Assembly: GCA_051294375.1 (NCBI GenBank)
Contig: CM119267.1
Location: forward strand, 6,534,367 to 6,598,366
DNA length: 64,000 bases
Direction of reading: 5' to 3'
Origin: Paraspadella gotoi
Taxonomy: Eukaryota > Animalia > Chaetognatha
The notes under the pieces were generated by a model that worked only from the letters and a program-made list of their open reading frames with translations, made no database searches and was not told the DNA's origin. The position numbers were made by a program, and so were the translations under genes. This document shows positions 18,001 through 29,339 of this stretch, piece by piece. Numbering within the stretch: position 1 is the stretch's first letter; every line of letters begins with the position of its first letter.

Positions 18001-21000
18001 TCAAACGGGTCCGGTGCGGTCGCCAGCGTCGGCGCCGGAGAGGGCGTGCTCGGTCATGCTCAAAGCTAAAGATTCCAGTCGAGTGTTAATGTCGCTGATC
18101 GCTTCCCCGGCGTGACCAGTCTCCGAAGGGCGAGGGACCGTTCCTGAATTTAAATAACTTAAAAATATGATTAAATAATGCAGTTGGTGGCGGTACGAAT
18201 AAAAAGACGAATGGACGTCATCAGCCTTGTCTCATGGCTCAGCGGGCGAGAGCACATCGTCTCAACAGTGCGTCCATTATGGAAGTGGTTAAAACGGACG
18301 GGTCCGCAGCCCCTCCGTCAGTTGGCGAGATAGAAACGCCACCGTTGCCGTAAGTTTTACTTTTACTTTAAACGTCTATAATGGAATAAACGCTGAAATG
18401 CATGTAATAATAAATGTATATTGTATAATGTATATTATATAATTGTATATCTCTCACTCTCTTTGGGTTGATTCGCTTCTCCAGGCGCCGACTGCGTTCT
18501 AGTCACGGCCGAGTGCGCGCTTTTGTCAAACGCGTTTTGACGCTGCATGAAGTTCCCGTTCGTGGAATTATTGCGACCCAGATGAGGAGGAGGCGGCTTG
18601 CAAAGCCCAACTTACAAATCAAATAGCACTTATTAACACAAAAATCTATGGAAGTGTCAAATGTTAAAAACATGTTACAAACTTACCGGGAGTAATCCAA
18701 GGTCCATCACCAGAGCTTAAATCACCATCGGGGGTCGAACATGTCGGGGAGGTCGATGAATCGTGACCTGGAAAAATTAGATTTAAAAATTCGAAGAGAA
18801 AAAGTTTTGTTAATTTTGTTTATTGCCACACAATATTTTAAATTGGGGAAAAAACGTACTGGTTTCGACTCTTTTTTGCCAAACATTTGATGGAGAGAGA
18901 GAGAGAGAAGTGAGAAAAAAAACAATGAGGACAGTTGAAGGAGAGTGAAGGGAAATAAAATTAGATTAGTTAAAGTAGGGTTGTCGTGACGTAATATCAC
19001 TACCCGTTGGATACAACGCTTCATCTCCGAACTCAATGGTCCTGGGTTCTAGCCCTGGTCAAAAAGACCTTGCAAAAGATTGACTGGCCGGATAAACCCC
19101 CTGTAGCAAGGCTACCGCCGGATCCGAAATTTCGGAAAGCAAGGCAACTGACGGAATAACCTCCCAGACCCACTGGCCCAGTGGGCACACTGAGTGTAGG
19201 GGCTATCCACACCGTCAGAGAGGCACGGCGACCCTCTCTCTTCTTGGCCAGTGACCAATGGTCACTTCATGGTGAGGATAATATTAGGAAAGCATTACAT
19301 TTGGTTAATGTACAACAATAAGTCGAAACAAGACATTAACAATAAGTTTATGTCCAACATGTACACTTTTCCAAAACAAATCGTTGTTTGTTAACAGATA
19401 CAATATCAAAAAAGAACCAAATCAAAGCAATCGTCAAGCACCAGTTCACATACACGTGCGATCTCTTCGTCAATCCTAGGTTTTTAATAATTATAAACAA
19501 AATAAAATTTTAAATTGTAAGCCAACCCAGGTCGCCCCTATTTACCAAACGACAACTTTCCAACGGAAATCAAAGAATTCTTCAGCGAGAAAGGATTCTG
19601 AGAGGATACGTTTTGAAGAGGAGGCGCCGAAGGTGGAGGCGCACCCAAAGACCGCGAGACCGGCATGGATTGGTTCTCGACCGGGGTCATCAGCAGAGGG
19701 TGGGAGGATCCGCGATTCATCAGCGCCGCCGCTGCCGCCGCCGCCGCGTAATTCGTTTGTGGAAGACCTGAATAAAAATAGTGAAAGAACGGAGAGTTAA
19801 ATGGTACAAACTTGGCCAGCATATAAAATTATGTATATGGAATAGTACGATCATGAATTACGGAAATATATAATACAATTAAAAGGAAAAATCTCACCGG
19901 CGGCAGCAACGGCTGCGAACGCGGCGGCCGTTTGCGGACTGGAAACAGCGGAGGCGTAGAATGAAGGATGCGGGTGAGAGTTGAGCAGCGAGCGCGATCC
20001 CGAGGTGGGCGTGGAGGCTTGACTACTGGAGGCGAAAGACGGAGCAGCCGTCAAGGGCGACGAAAGGGGCGGCAACGAATCAGTGGAAGACTCCGTCGAT
20101 GGAATCGAGGAGTAGGTGCTGAATAGCGAACGCGGCAAAAAAAAAAAGAAAGTTACTTTAAAAATGTATATTACCTTTAAATCATTATCGTTACATAAAT
20201 TACACCATCGGCACCTAGAATGCCTGAATGCCCAGTTGGGTCGATGGTTTTTGGAGAGATCGCCGCGTCTATGCGAGACTCCCATCGGACGCCAGATCTT
20301 CATGATTTGTTGCTTCCAAGAGTTCAATCGTTTTTTCTGTGGAGATTATCGGCGAAAAAGGGGGGAAGAGTAAGCAAGCCGCAATTCGCGGGTATTCAAG
20401 GCCCCACTCAGTCGTCATTCGCCAACCTGAGTATTATTGAAAGCTTCGTGGTTGAGCGTTTTGTCCAGAAGAGACAAGTAAGTTCCGATGCCCTCCTCGT
20501 CGGGCCTGCCCGGGGAAACGAGAAGCTGCGTGCAGGCCTTTCCCAACACGCGGGTGATTAACGACGGAAGATCCATATCGTCGGGGGAAGAGTGAAGTCC
20601 GCCGTCCGCTATTGTTTATGGGATGAAGCAGAAAAAGCTTCGAATTTATCATAACTGCAAAAAAAAAAAAAAAAAAAAGTAACTTACCGGACGGAGACGT
20701 GGGTGGCGTCACCGCTTCAACGCCGTTGGAACGTCTCTCTTTTCCAGAGTCGCTCGCATCGTTGCTATCATTGACGCCTTTGTTTGTTTCCGGCGATTTG
20801 AGGACGCCGCCATTGTCATCATTACTTGATGTTGTTGCCGTTTCTGAAAAGCGAAAAAAATGGATGCGGAATAAATCGAAACCAAGTCGTATGTAGTAAA
20901 TACATAAATAGTGTAGTGAAATCAAGGAAGGACATTTTTAAACTACTCTTTTTACCAGCTTTTTCGTAGAATTTAATCGGCGAAGCGATGATGAGCTTTA

Positions 21001-24000
21001 AGTCGTTGAAGGCCTGACGCAATGGCTTCCCTTCCACGATGTCCGTCTCGATTTGGCGCAGTTGTCCAGGCCGTTCTCGCAACTTAGAGATGCTCAGACA
21101 AATCTTGTGGCGCGCGCCTTTAGAACAGATTTCTTAATTTAATTTGAGTGGCTTGTCGCGGTCGATGAGCAAATAAACAAACGGTTACCTTTGGTAACGC
21201 CTTGATTTTCCAGTTGCTCTTCGTTGAGGTTGAGCATCTGCTCGTAATCGAGTTGAGAAAAGAGATGTGCGTATCTGAGAAACGCAAAACGAGTAAATGA
21301 AAATAAACATTTTTTTCGGGTCATTAAAAAAAACCATTGGAGGTATTTACTTATGCAATCTCAAACTCTTCAACCAGGAGGGAACGTCCCTCATTCCGCT
21401 CATGTGGTCCGAAAATGAGTTTCGGCCACCGGCCGTGTTCCGTCCCAAGCTTTCGAAGTCTCCGCCGTCGGAGGACGCCACGCTGCTCTGAGGCGAGAGC
21501 GGGGCGTGGCGTGGCGCGACGAAGCCACCGCCACCGCGTAGCAACGACGATCCGTCAAAGGAATCTGTATGCAAATGTAGGGTACACAATGTAATGCGCG
21601 TCTTCATTTTCCGACGTTTTTTAAAGGATACAGAGTGTCTCGAGCGTACTGTGACTTTACAAATGAACGCTGTGTCAAATTGGTAAGGAAAATTATCAAT
21701 TTGATAGAACCACCAGAAAGATAAGTTTATACAGTTTTTTTGGTATCTATATTATCTATATTATCATGTTTATTTGTATTTTTATAAACAAAATGCAAAT
21801 TTCAAATGAAGGGAAATTTTGTTTTGAGCGTCGATCAAACAATTTTGGTGATATCAAATTTATAAATTAGTCCTGCTTTTGGTGAAAAATATAATTGTGC
21901 ATATTATATTATAGTAGGCTACTGAAGAGACAGCTACAATGTTTATTGTGCCCTTGACCAAGAATTTTGTGAAATTGAAATGCTTGACGATGATGATAAC
22001 GATTTCAGAAGAGAAGATTCAAAAAATTTGTTTTTTTAGACGCTCATTAAGTTTACCTTCAGGAAACTGATAAACGCTACAAATTTAGTATCCTATGATT
22101 CAGCATATGATGTACATAAATACAGAGTACATTCTGCCGCTAAAACTATTTTCCAGCTGACTGCAGCTCATAAGCATTGCTAATATAATTGGCTCTGTCA
22201 AACCAGCTGCATGTCTGTAACAGTCTTTCAATTAAAACCAATCAAATATTCTCAAATCCGAAAGGACAATGGTCAAATTCTGTCAGGAAAGGCCTGTGAC
22301 CATCACTTTACCACAGCTGAAAAAAAATCTTTTAGGTAGTTGGAAAGATTTGAATATTTTAAAATTTTTTCGTCATTGCCTTTAAGTGCTGATAAAATGT
22401 TATATAATTGTTTGACTTTAAAAATAAAATCAGCGGCCATTGGTTCCGGAGGCAAGTCATTCGCCTCCCAACCCAAAGGTCCAGGGTTCTAGCCCGGTGG
22501 TCGCTTAGCACGGGGCGCTTAACCCGCCTGTAACACGGTGTTACAGCCTGATCCAAAGCTCAGGGACTGCTTATATTGAACGGTTCTGTCACTTATATAA
22601 CAACAATAATTACTGTCTCTTCAACATCATATAAAACTAAGAACTTCTGGATCCAACGAGTACAGTAAATGCATTTTTTATAACTGTACTGACTCACTGT
22701 ATTCATTTGCAAAGTGACAGTATACTTGAGATACTCTGTAGATATTTAAAATTATTTTCATGTTTCTCAGACGTTTTTTTCATAAACTAAATTTGCTTAC
22801 AGGCAGACAGTAATTTGATTACTGTTTTTTGTTGAGCGAATTAGTGATTAATAATAAATTCATTTAGCTTTTAGGGTAGTAAATAAGCCTATTTAACAAT
22901 ATAAAACGTCCATCACTACTGCAAATATTTATAGTAGAACTAGTTTTAAATAGTGAAATAAATTTATATTTTTAATAATTTTTTTCTATTCTTGTATTAA
23001 TATTAAGTAAAATTAATTTATCGTTTTAATTATTACACCTGTTTCGGTGGGAAAGGAATTGGACCGCGTGCAGCGGGACAGGGCGGCGTTGTTGCCGTTG
23101 GTAGCGGCGGTGGACGACGGCGGAGCGGCAAGGCGCTGCGCCAGGTTAGTCATAGTCGCCGTCGACGGCAGTTCATCTTGAATTGACGATTGAGAACTGA
23201 AAGGAGGCCATTCGTCCTGGAGGATTTTTGATGAATGTAATGTGATAAATGCAATGTATTTAGGTCCAAACAGAATTTTACAATGGAAATATCCCCGACG
23301 AAATCGTACCTAGATAGGGAATCGGGAGTCGGGACAGCTTACTTGAAACTGTGGGCTCGTCGGCGTGGATGAGGGCGGCGTGAGCGAGTTGCTTCTTTGC
23401 CTTTGCCGCCGGCCGATGGGCGGGAAGTCGTCCGCGTCGAAGCGGTCGCTCGTCTCGTCGCTCTGCAGTGACTGAGAAAAGAAAGATCGGCGCGATCCTC
23501 CGAGCGGCGTTGCCGACGAGCAATAACCGGCGTCGTGGCCGGCCACGGCCGACGCCGGTGGGATCTGGGCGCCCGGCTCGGCGAAGGTGAAGTGCCGATG
23601 GCTCGACCCGCTGTGAGAGAAGGAGTCGGCCGACAACGGACCTTTCAGGGGTAAAGCGTTAGATTACACACCAAAGATGAACTATAAACAATCTATGGTG
23701 GACTAAAATCCACCAACCGTTTATCAGTGGCCATTGGTGCCGGAGGCAAGTCATTCGCCTCCCAACCCAAAGGTCCGGGGTTCTAACCCGGTGGTCGCCT
23801 AGCAGTTAAGAGGGACGGGGCGCTTAACCCGCCTGTAACATGGTGTTACAGCCTGATCCGAAGCTCAGGGACTGCTTATATTGAACGGTTCTGTCACTAA
23901 CACAACAATAATTACTGTCTCTTCAAATCTAAAATAAAAAATATAATATTAAATAACAGTTGAAAAAATAAACTAACATTATTCAATTTATATTCAAAAT

Positions 24001-26351
24001 AAAGGATAAATAAAATTAATTTCCTTAGTATGTATCCATATCAGAAGATAAGATTCTTCCTAGTAGACTTACCCCCGAGGAAAACTAACAATCAGGAAAG
24101 AAAGAATAGAAAAGAAAGAAAGAAGCAGAGGCAGCCAGAAAAATAGAAAGAAATCAAAAGGCATCAGCAGAAGCAGCAGGAAAAAAGAGAGAAAAAGAAA
24201 GAAAGCCCCTGCAAAGCCCAAATCGTTTTCGAATCAGCAGAAGCAGCTGCAGATTCTTTTTTTTTCCTGATGAATCACGACTGGGGAAAAGAGAGAGAGA
24301 GAGAGAGCTACATATAATTAAAAGAGAAAAGAGAGAGAGAAAGAGACATAAAAATAAAAGTATTTAATAACTGTCCTCACCCAAGGACCTCGATGATGAG
24401 AAGCTGTATATAAATTTTCAGCTTCATACACCTAAATTTAATCATCAAAAAGGCTATCTATAAATTAGAACGACGACGACGACACTTATGCGCAAAAGTG
24501 TTACGAGATCGTCGCAAACGCAAAGCGATTGCGACGATAAAAAAAATATCGTTACCCCCAAGCCCGCTGGAGTCGTGGTCGAATGAGGATCGCTCAGAAG
24601 CCGACCAGGGAGTTCCTCCGCACGACTCTAATGGATGCAGACCAGCAACATCCGGGAGCGGGGCGTCCAACTCGCTCGTCGACTGACTGTTCAAGCCCGC
24701 CGAAGACTCGGAGGGGCAGTCCATCGAGAAACCGTGCAGCGGAGACTGAGACACTTGATTTTGAGATGGATTTAATTGGACCTTCTCTTCGATGTGGCGC
24801 AACCTCGAGAAACACAGATTCAAGTGAGAAAATCATTCTAGTGTTACTAAGTTAGTCACTTCACTAGTGAACTTACAAACTATATAAGTAAAATTAATGT
24901 CTAGATTTTGGATCGCGACTATTACCAAAGGGCTAACGAAGATCGTTCTTCGGGTGACATGGCGGGATGTATTAAAGAATAGGACAAAAGTTGCCGGCAG
25001 GCTTCCAAGGAAACCAAATGGCTCGCCAGCGCCGTTGTCGACGCCAAGGAATACGTCGTCAACGCCTGTTGATTATTGGAGATCGAAATTAGAAATAGGT
25101 TGAGGGGGAATGCCTGGTGACCATTTTACATGACGTCAACCTTGAAAATTCCTTTACAGCCTAAATTTGTTTTGTAGTTGCTAATGTTAATGGGTATTAG
25201 TCACTAATCTGTGGTGAGCTTGTATACGTACTGCAGACTAAATTTTTATAATTTGTTTCTTTTTATTAAGTGGACGAAATAAGCCAAACCTGAGGGAGAA
25301 CTTGCGGGAGTAAATTCAAATAAATAGCTTTGGCATCTTGATTTCCGGGTTTAAGTAAAGGTAACAATTGAAGAAGTTCTTCTAAAATGTCAAGCGTGCT
25401 GCAAAAACCGCAACCTACGTAGGAGACGCTGGATAAGATTCGCTTTAAGCAAAACGCTGAGCATAATTCGGATTTACCTTGACCATTATTGCAACAATTG
25501 CAAGATTGAGTAGTCATGGAAGTGCATTGATTGATTATGTGACATGGACAACCGGTCGAAAATTCGTTAGAAGTTGTAGCCGAGCATGTAATAGATAGCC
25601 GATCGTTTAAACTTGATAGATAGGCTGAGAGAAAACAGTGGGTTTAAAAATACAATTATTCTTGGTTAAGTTAAGCAGTTAAAAGAGTCCACTGACAATA
25701 ATATTTTCTAAGAGCTGGATTCTTGACTAAGGTAATTAAATCCTCTTTCACGGGAAGAAAGGTAAAGAAACATGCAAATTTTAGTAACAGTCAGCATAAG
25801 AGGATACATAAATAATTTTTCCTTTTCGAATAAAATTCAAAACGCCCACTTAATCAAGTCCCAACCTGTGTTGTTAGCTTGTTGCTCCAAAAATGACAGA
25901 TCCATCTCTCCTTGTGGTAATAAAGGCCCTTGTTGAAGGACATGATAAAGGAATTTTGCTTGAATAGGTGGTAATCGTTTCAGTAGCGAGTACAGCGCAA
26001 CAGTTTGCTCGCATGGATTCCAGGACAAAAACCAATTCCCTGAAACAATTTAAAAATAAATCAAAATACACACGGTACAATTAGGTACATTCTCGACATA
26101 AATGTCTACCAGCCCTAACCTAAGGCGTTGACCTGGTCCCGGAAAACGATGGTGGACCCCGAAGACATCGATTTGCTCTGTCCGTCGTATCGAAGTTGAT
26201 TTCCTCCCAATTCCGAAACGCAAAATCCCGACTGCGACGAGTCGTTGGTTGGAAAATGATCGGAGACGACGCCTCCGTGCGTCGCGTCCACGGAGGGTAA
26301 GTGTTTCGGACTCAAAAAGGGTGATTCCGCGGACTTGATCTGAGTATTCAT
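18001..26351 (-). CDS. smg: Smaug / SAMD4 translational repressor, ~18 exons, ~1100 aa
   Basis: Exons 26120-26351, 25866-26039, 25290-25624, 24926-25065, 24556-24803, 23343-23641, 23039-23216, 21351-21564, 21189-21274, 20956-21117, 20688-20843, 20427-20608, 20215-20336, 19898-20118, 19546-19767, 18687-18767, 18458-18610, 18001-18143. Motifs: [24 protein letters not shown]; LPLLKPGN; [12 protein letters not shown]; SAM domain [13 protein letters not shown]...GVTKGARHKI; PHAT region [14 protein letters not shown]; C-terminal [17 protein letters not shown]. Boundaries of the low-complexity exons are less certain. Confidence 0.93.
18990..19280 (+). mobile_element. Family 4 tRNA-headed repeat with a degenerate twister (19068-19144)
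   Basis: B-box-like GGTTCTAGCCC, then P5 CCTTGC/GCAAGG enclosing GA-CTG..TAA-ACC..P3..CCGGA-TCCGAAAT-TTCGG-A. Boundaries are approximate. Confidence 0.55.
21631..22738. mobile_element. Non-autonomous Tc1/mariner-type element
   Basis: Imperfect ~37-bp TIRs (cagagtgtctcgagcgtactgtgactttacaaatgaa / ttcatttgcaaagtgacagtatacttgagatactctg), flanked by TA on both sides. Confidence 0.75.
22429..22622 (+). mobile_element. Family 1 repeat, 5'-truncated, ribozyme core deleted
   Basis: Lacks the 5' hairpin and the 11 nt gttaagaggga. L4 reads TCCAAAGC. Confidence 0.85.
23694..23924 (+). mobile_element. 231-bp tRNA-headed, twister-bearing repeat (family 1), full length, in a Smaug intron
   Basis: Near-identical to 30927-31157 and 36311-36543. 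It has a 5' hairpin GGTGGA-CTAAAA-TCCACC, a tRNA-like head with B-box-like GGTTCTAACCC, then the twister fold. Flanks are caatc/aaatc. Confidence 0.9.
23802..23875 (+). ncRNA. Twister ribozyme, type P5 (candidate)
   Basis: P5 GCAG/CTGC; GA followed by CGG pairs with L4 U-CCG-AAGC (T1); U^AA at 23825/23826; GC-GC T2; P3 CTGTAAC/GTTACAG; P4 CCTGA/TCAGG. P2 has a bulge and P1 is minimal. Confidence 0.75.
24085..24545. repeat. Copy of the (GA)n-associated repeat family in a Smaug intron
   Basis: Colinear with 3685-4125. Confidence 0.75.
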
Positions 26352-27505
26352 GGCGATTACAATTTGGAGGAAGAGAGGCCCGAGCACGAATTATCCAGAG
26401 CGCCGCTCATCCGAAGGAAGTTCCGAGGAGTAAGGTTCGACGGCTTAAATTTTGATTAGGCATTTTTTAACAATTTTGGGTTTATTGCCTCGGGCGAAGC
26501 TTGAACCGTAGGTCCTTAATTTTTTTACTCGGATCAGTTTTGATTTTCTTTAGCAATTTTTTTGGACCCGAGGGTTCTTTTGATTTTCATCATTAACCAA
26601 GTACGTTTGAAATTCGGCAGATTAAAGAAGTCATTTTACAAAAAAAAAAAGCTTTAAAAAACAAACAAAAAAGTGTTCGGGTGTATAATTGAAAAAAATT
26701 GGGTACGAGATAGAATATTTCGCAAGATAAAAATATCAAAAGAAAAACACATTCGCTAAAAAGGTAACAAGTAAACGTAGAAATATATTTTATATTGGTT
26801 GTACCAATTTCATATAAACTAAAAATCATAAAAACCCTCATACAGAGCAGGGAAAGCCTTGCCTAAACATTCGAAGGAGCTAACATATTATTACTATAGA
26901 AGCCAGAATATTAAATATGATGAACACCTCCACCATTTTCCCCTCTTTTAAAATGTTAACTTTAACAGTTAACCGAATTTAGAGAGAAGTTTTTATGATT
27001 AATTTGCTTAATGTACGCTCCCTCTTTCGAAGATAATCACAAAACGAATTATAATTGTGTAGTGTACGTACGAACATTATGGGTTGTTGGGAAGCTTTTA
27101 TTATGCATAACATTTCTCCAGATTAGTAGAGAAAACTCGAGATTTATATTATAGTCAAGTCATCATATCATATAATTTCAATTTACATAATTCCTATACT
27201 GCCCATTTTCTTGGTTTTAATTTCTTATAACATTCATATTCTCCATTAAAAAGTGTAATCTATTCAATTTCATAAAAATTTTAAATCTTAAGAACCAAGT
27301 GTACTGGTCCGAAAAAAAAGCGACGAAACTAGCACAATAGTTTCAAAATTTAAAATTAATGACACGGTTAAAATTATATTTTCCGCCGTTTTATCATAGA
27401 GGAATTGTAATATGTAATGCTGGAAGACATAAGATAACCTTCTATTCCTTTGAAATAATAATATATTAAAAAAAATCTCTAAAAGATTATTCTCTCGTGT
27501 AGTAA

Positions 27506-29339
27506 TCAAATTTTATTCGCGTTGTAACAACAAAGCAGACTCCTCTTCAAAAGAAATCTGGTCAGAGAGTGATCAGTGACAAATATCAAAAAACTGGAAA
27601 TACAATTGAGCGAAGACAAAATGGACGTCAAACAAACAATGTTTTGAGCCAACGACGGGTCACTGATTCCGCCTTCGATCAAATCCCTGGCCGTCGATTT
27701 GAACACGTCGAACACGTCGAGATGACCAACTTTAAGATACAGAGATGTGGTTAATACGAAAATCACGGAAACGACCAACAAGTAAATGAGCAATTTTTTG
27801 ACGCAAGTTTTGGTGAAAAGGATTCGTTTGGACGAGTCGTGAAACGAGGGGCGGACGACGAGGGCGCTTCGGTTGGAATCCTTGGAATCGAGTCCGCCCT
27901 TGAGCGCATGCAGTTCCGAATCGTCGGCAACGGCTCGATCCGCGGCGTTCGTTGCCAGGGATTTTAACGAAATCACGCAAAAGGCGGCGCTGAAGGCGAT
28001 CAAGAGCAATGGGAGCCAGAAACGCAGCGACAACTTTGACCAAACCTAAGACGAAAGAAAAATGTCGAAGTTTCTGTTTCTATGAGTTTCTCTGATTGAA
28101 AAGGCGTAAGTTGGACAATGGACAATATCCATTGGGCATACCTGATAGCGCGCTTCGACGAGATTTTCGTGGACGAAATCCAACATCATGTCCCCGCCCG
28201 GCGAAGTTAGAAGATGATGCTGGAAAAGGACGAATGAGGGCAGTGAGAGGAGACCGCTTAGAGCCAGTATTCCGGCGACGATAACAGGAGCCGCTCGGGT
28301 GCCAGCGGGAAAGCCGTTCAGTCCGGCGCAGCTGCTCGCTTGGTCGAGACCCAGGGCTACGGTGATCCAAGCTGAATAGGCAAGGGAATCGGGCATGGAT
28401 TATAGATAAAGGGGTCGATATTACTTGACGGTCATGTGAAGGAAACAAGATCGTGAATTCGATTTATACTTAGAATGTCGGTTATATGTAAACGCGTCAA
28501 ACTCACCGGACGCTAGGCAAGCGACGTCGAGTATCGAAAAAGACGCCATGGCTAGAATGAGGTGAAAAAGCGGGGCGGCGTTGAAGAATGGCGAATGGAA
28601 GGGAAAGACGGAAAAGGCCCGGGTCACCAGGATCACCGTGTCCAGCACGAGGCTCGTCTCTAGGTATAACTGGAATCAAAGTTTACAATTACAACCCATT
28701 TACCATCGTCATCATTAGGGAAAAAAAATATTAGAAACAGGCTGCGGCACAATTTAGCAAGAAACGATACAATTTACTTTTACATCAAATTTTAGGGTTT
28801 TTCGCGCGCCACTGTTATCTATGTACTTAATAACGCCAAAACCTCTGACTTCACATTCTCCAGGTACTCCATTGAACCACCCTGGTGGTGTAAACTGCCC
28901 AGTAAAAATTTGTTACAACTCGCAACTCTGCTCTCACCCTCGTCGAAGCCAGATCGACCAGCACGAGATTTTCGGCCTGGGTTCCGCATGACTTCCTCGC
29001 CAGAGAGCTTTTCCTGAGCAAAACGACGAAATACGAATTGGCTAAAAGGCCAAAGACGAGACAAGCGCCGAGAACGACGAGCTCGGTGAGGGGCAGGGCG
29101 GATTCGAAAGGAGTCGCAGGGACGGCGGATGGAAAGGCGACGGTCGTGCTTCGCCCGGGAGGTGAGTCCGTCGATGGAATTACGCTTTGGAGCGAGCCGC
29201 TATCGCCGAACCCCGAATCGTTGAGCGAATGAACGGAGAGTGCCGAGGGCGTGTCGTCGGATCCCCAGGATGCGACGCCCATAGTAAAGACCGTTTCGAG
29301 CGTCGAGGCGCACACTATGCAGGAGAAGACGCTCTTCAT
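27506..29339 (-). CDS. Divergent 7TM receptor, rhodopsin-class (peptide-receptor/srw-like), 4 exons, ~444 aa
   Basis: Exons 28938-29339, 28507-28669, 28142-28371 and 27506-28045 are in phase. The protein has an S/T-rich N-terminus and about seven hydrophobic segments: GLLAN (TM1), SAWITVALGLDQ (TM3), SLPSF (TM4), FWLPLLLI (TM5), SSLNCISSFLIF (TM7). Confidence 0.65.

Noticed and set aside
20655-20687. 33-nt micro-intron in Smaug
   Set aside because: The conserved PHAT frame requires the acceptor at 20609-20610 instead.
23727-23798. Functional tRNA-Gly(CCC) gene
   Set aside because: The anticodon stem and D arm do not pair properly, and it is part of a dispersed repeat, so it is tRNA-derived only.
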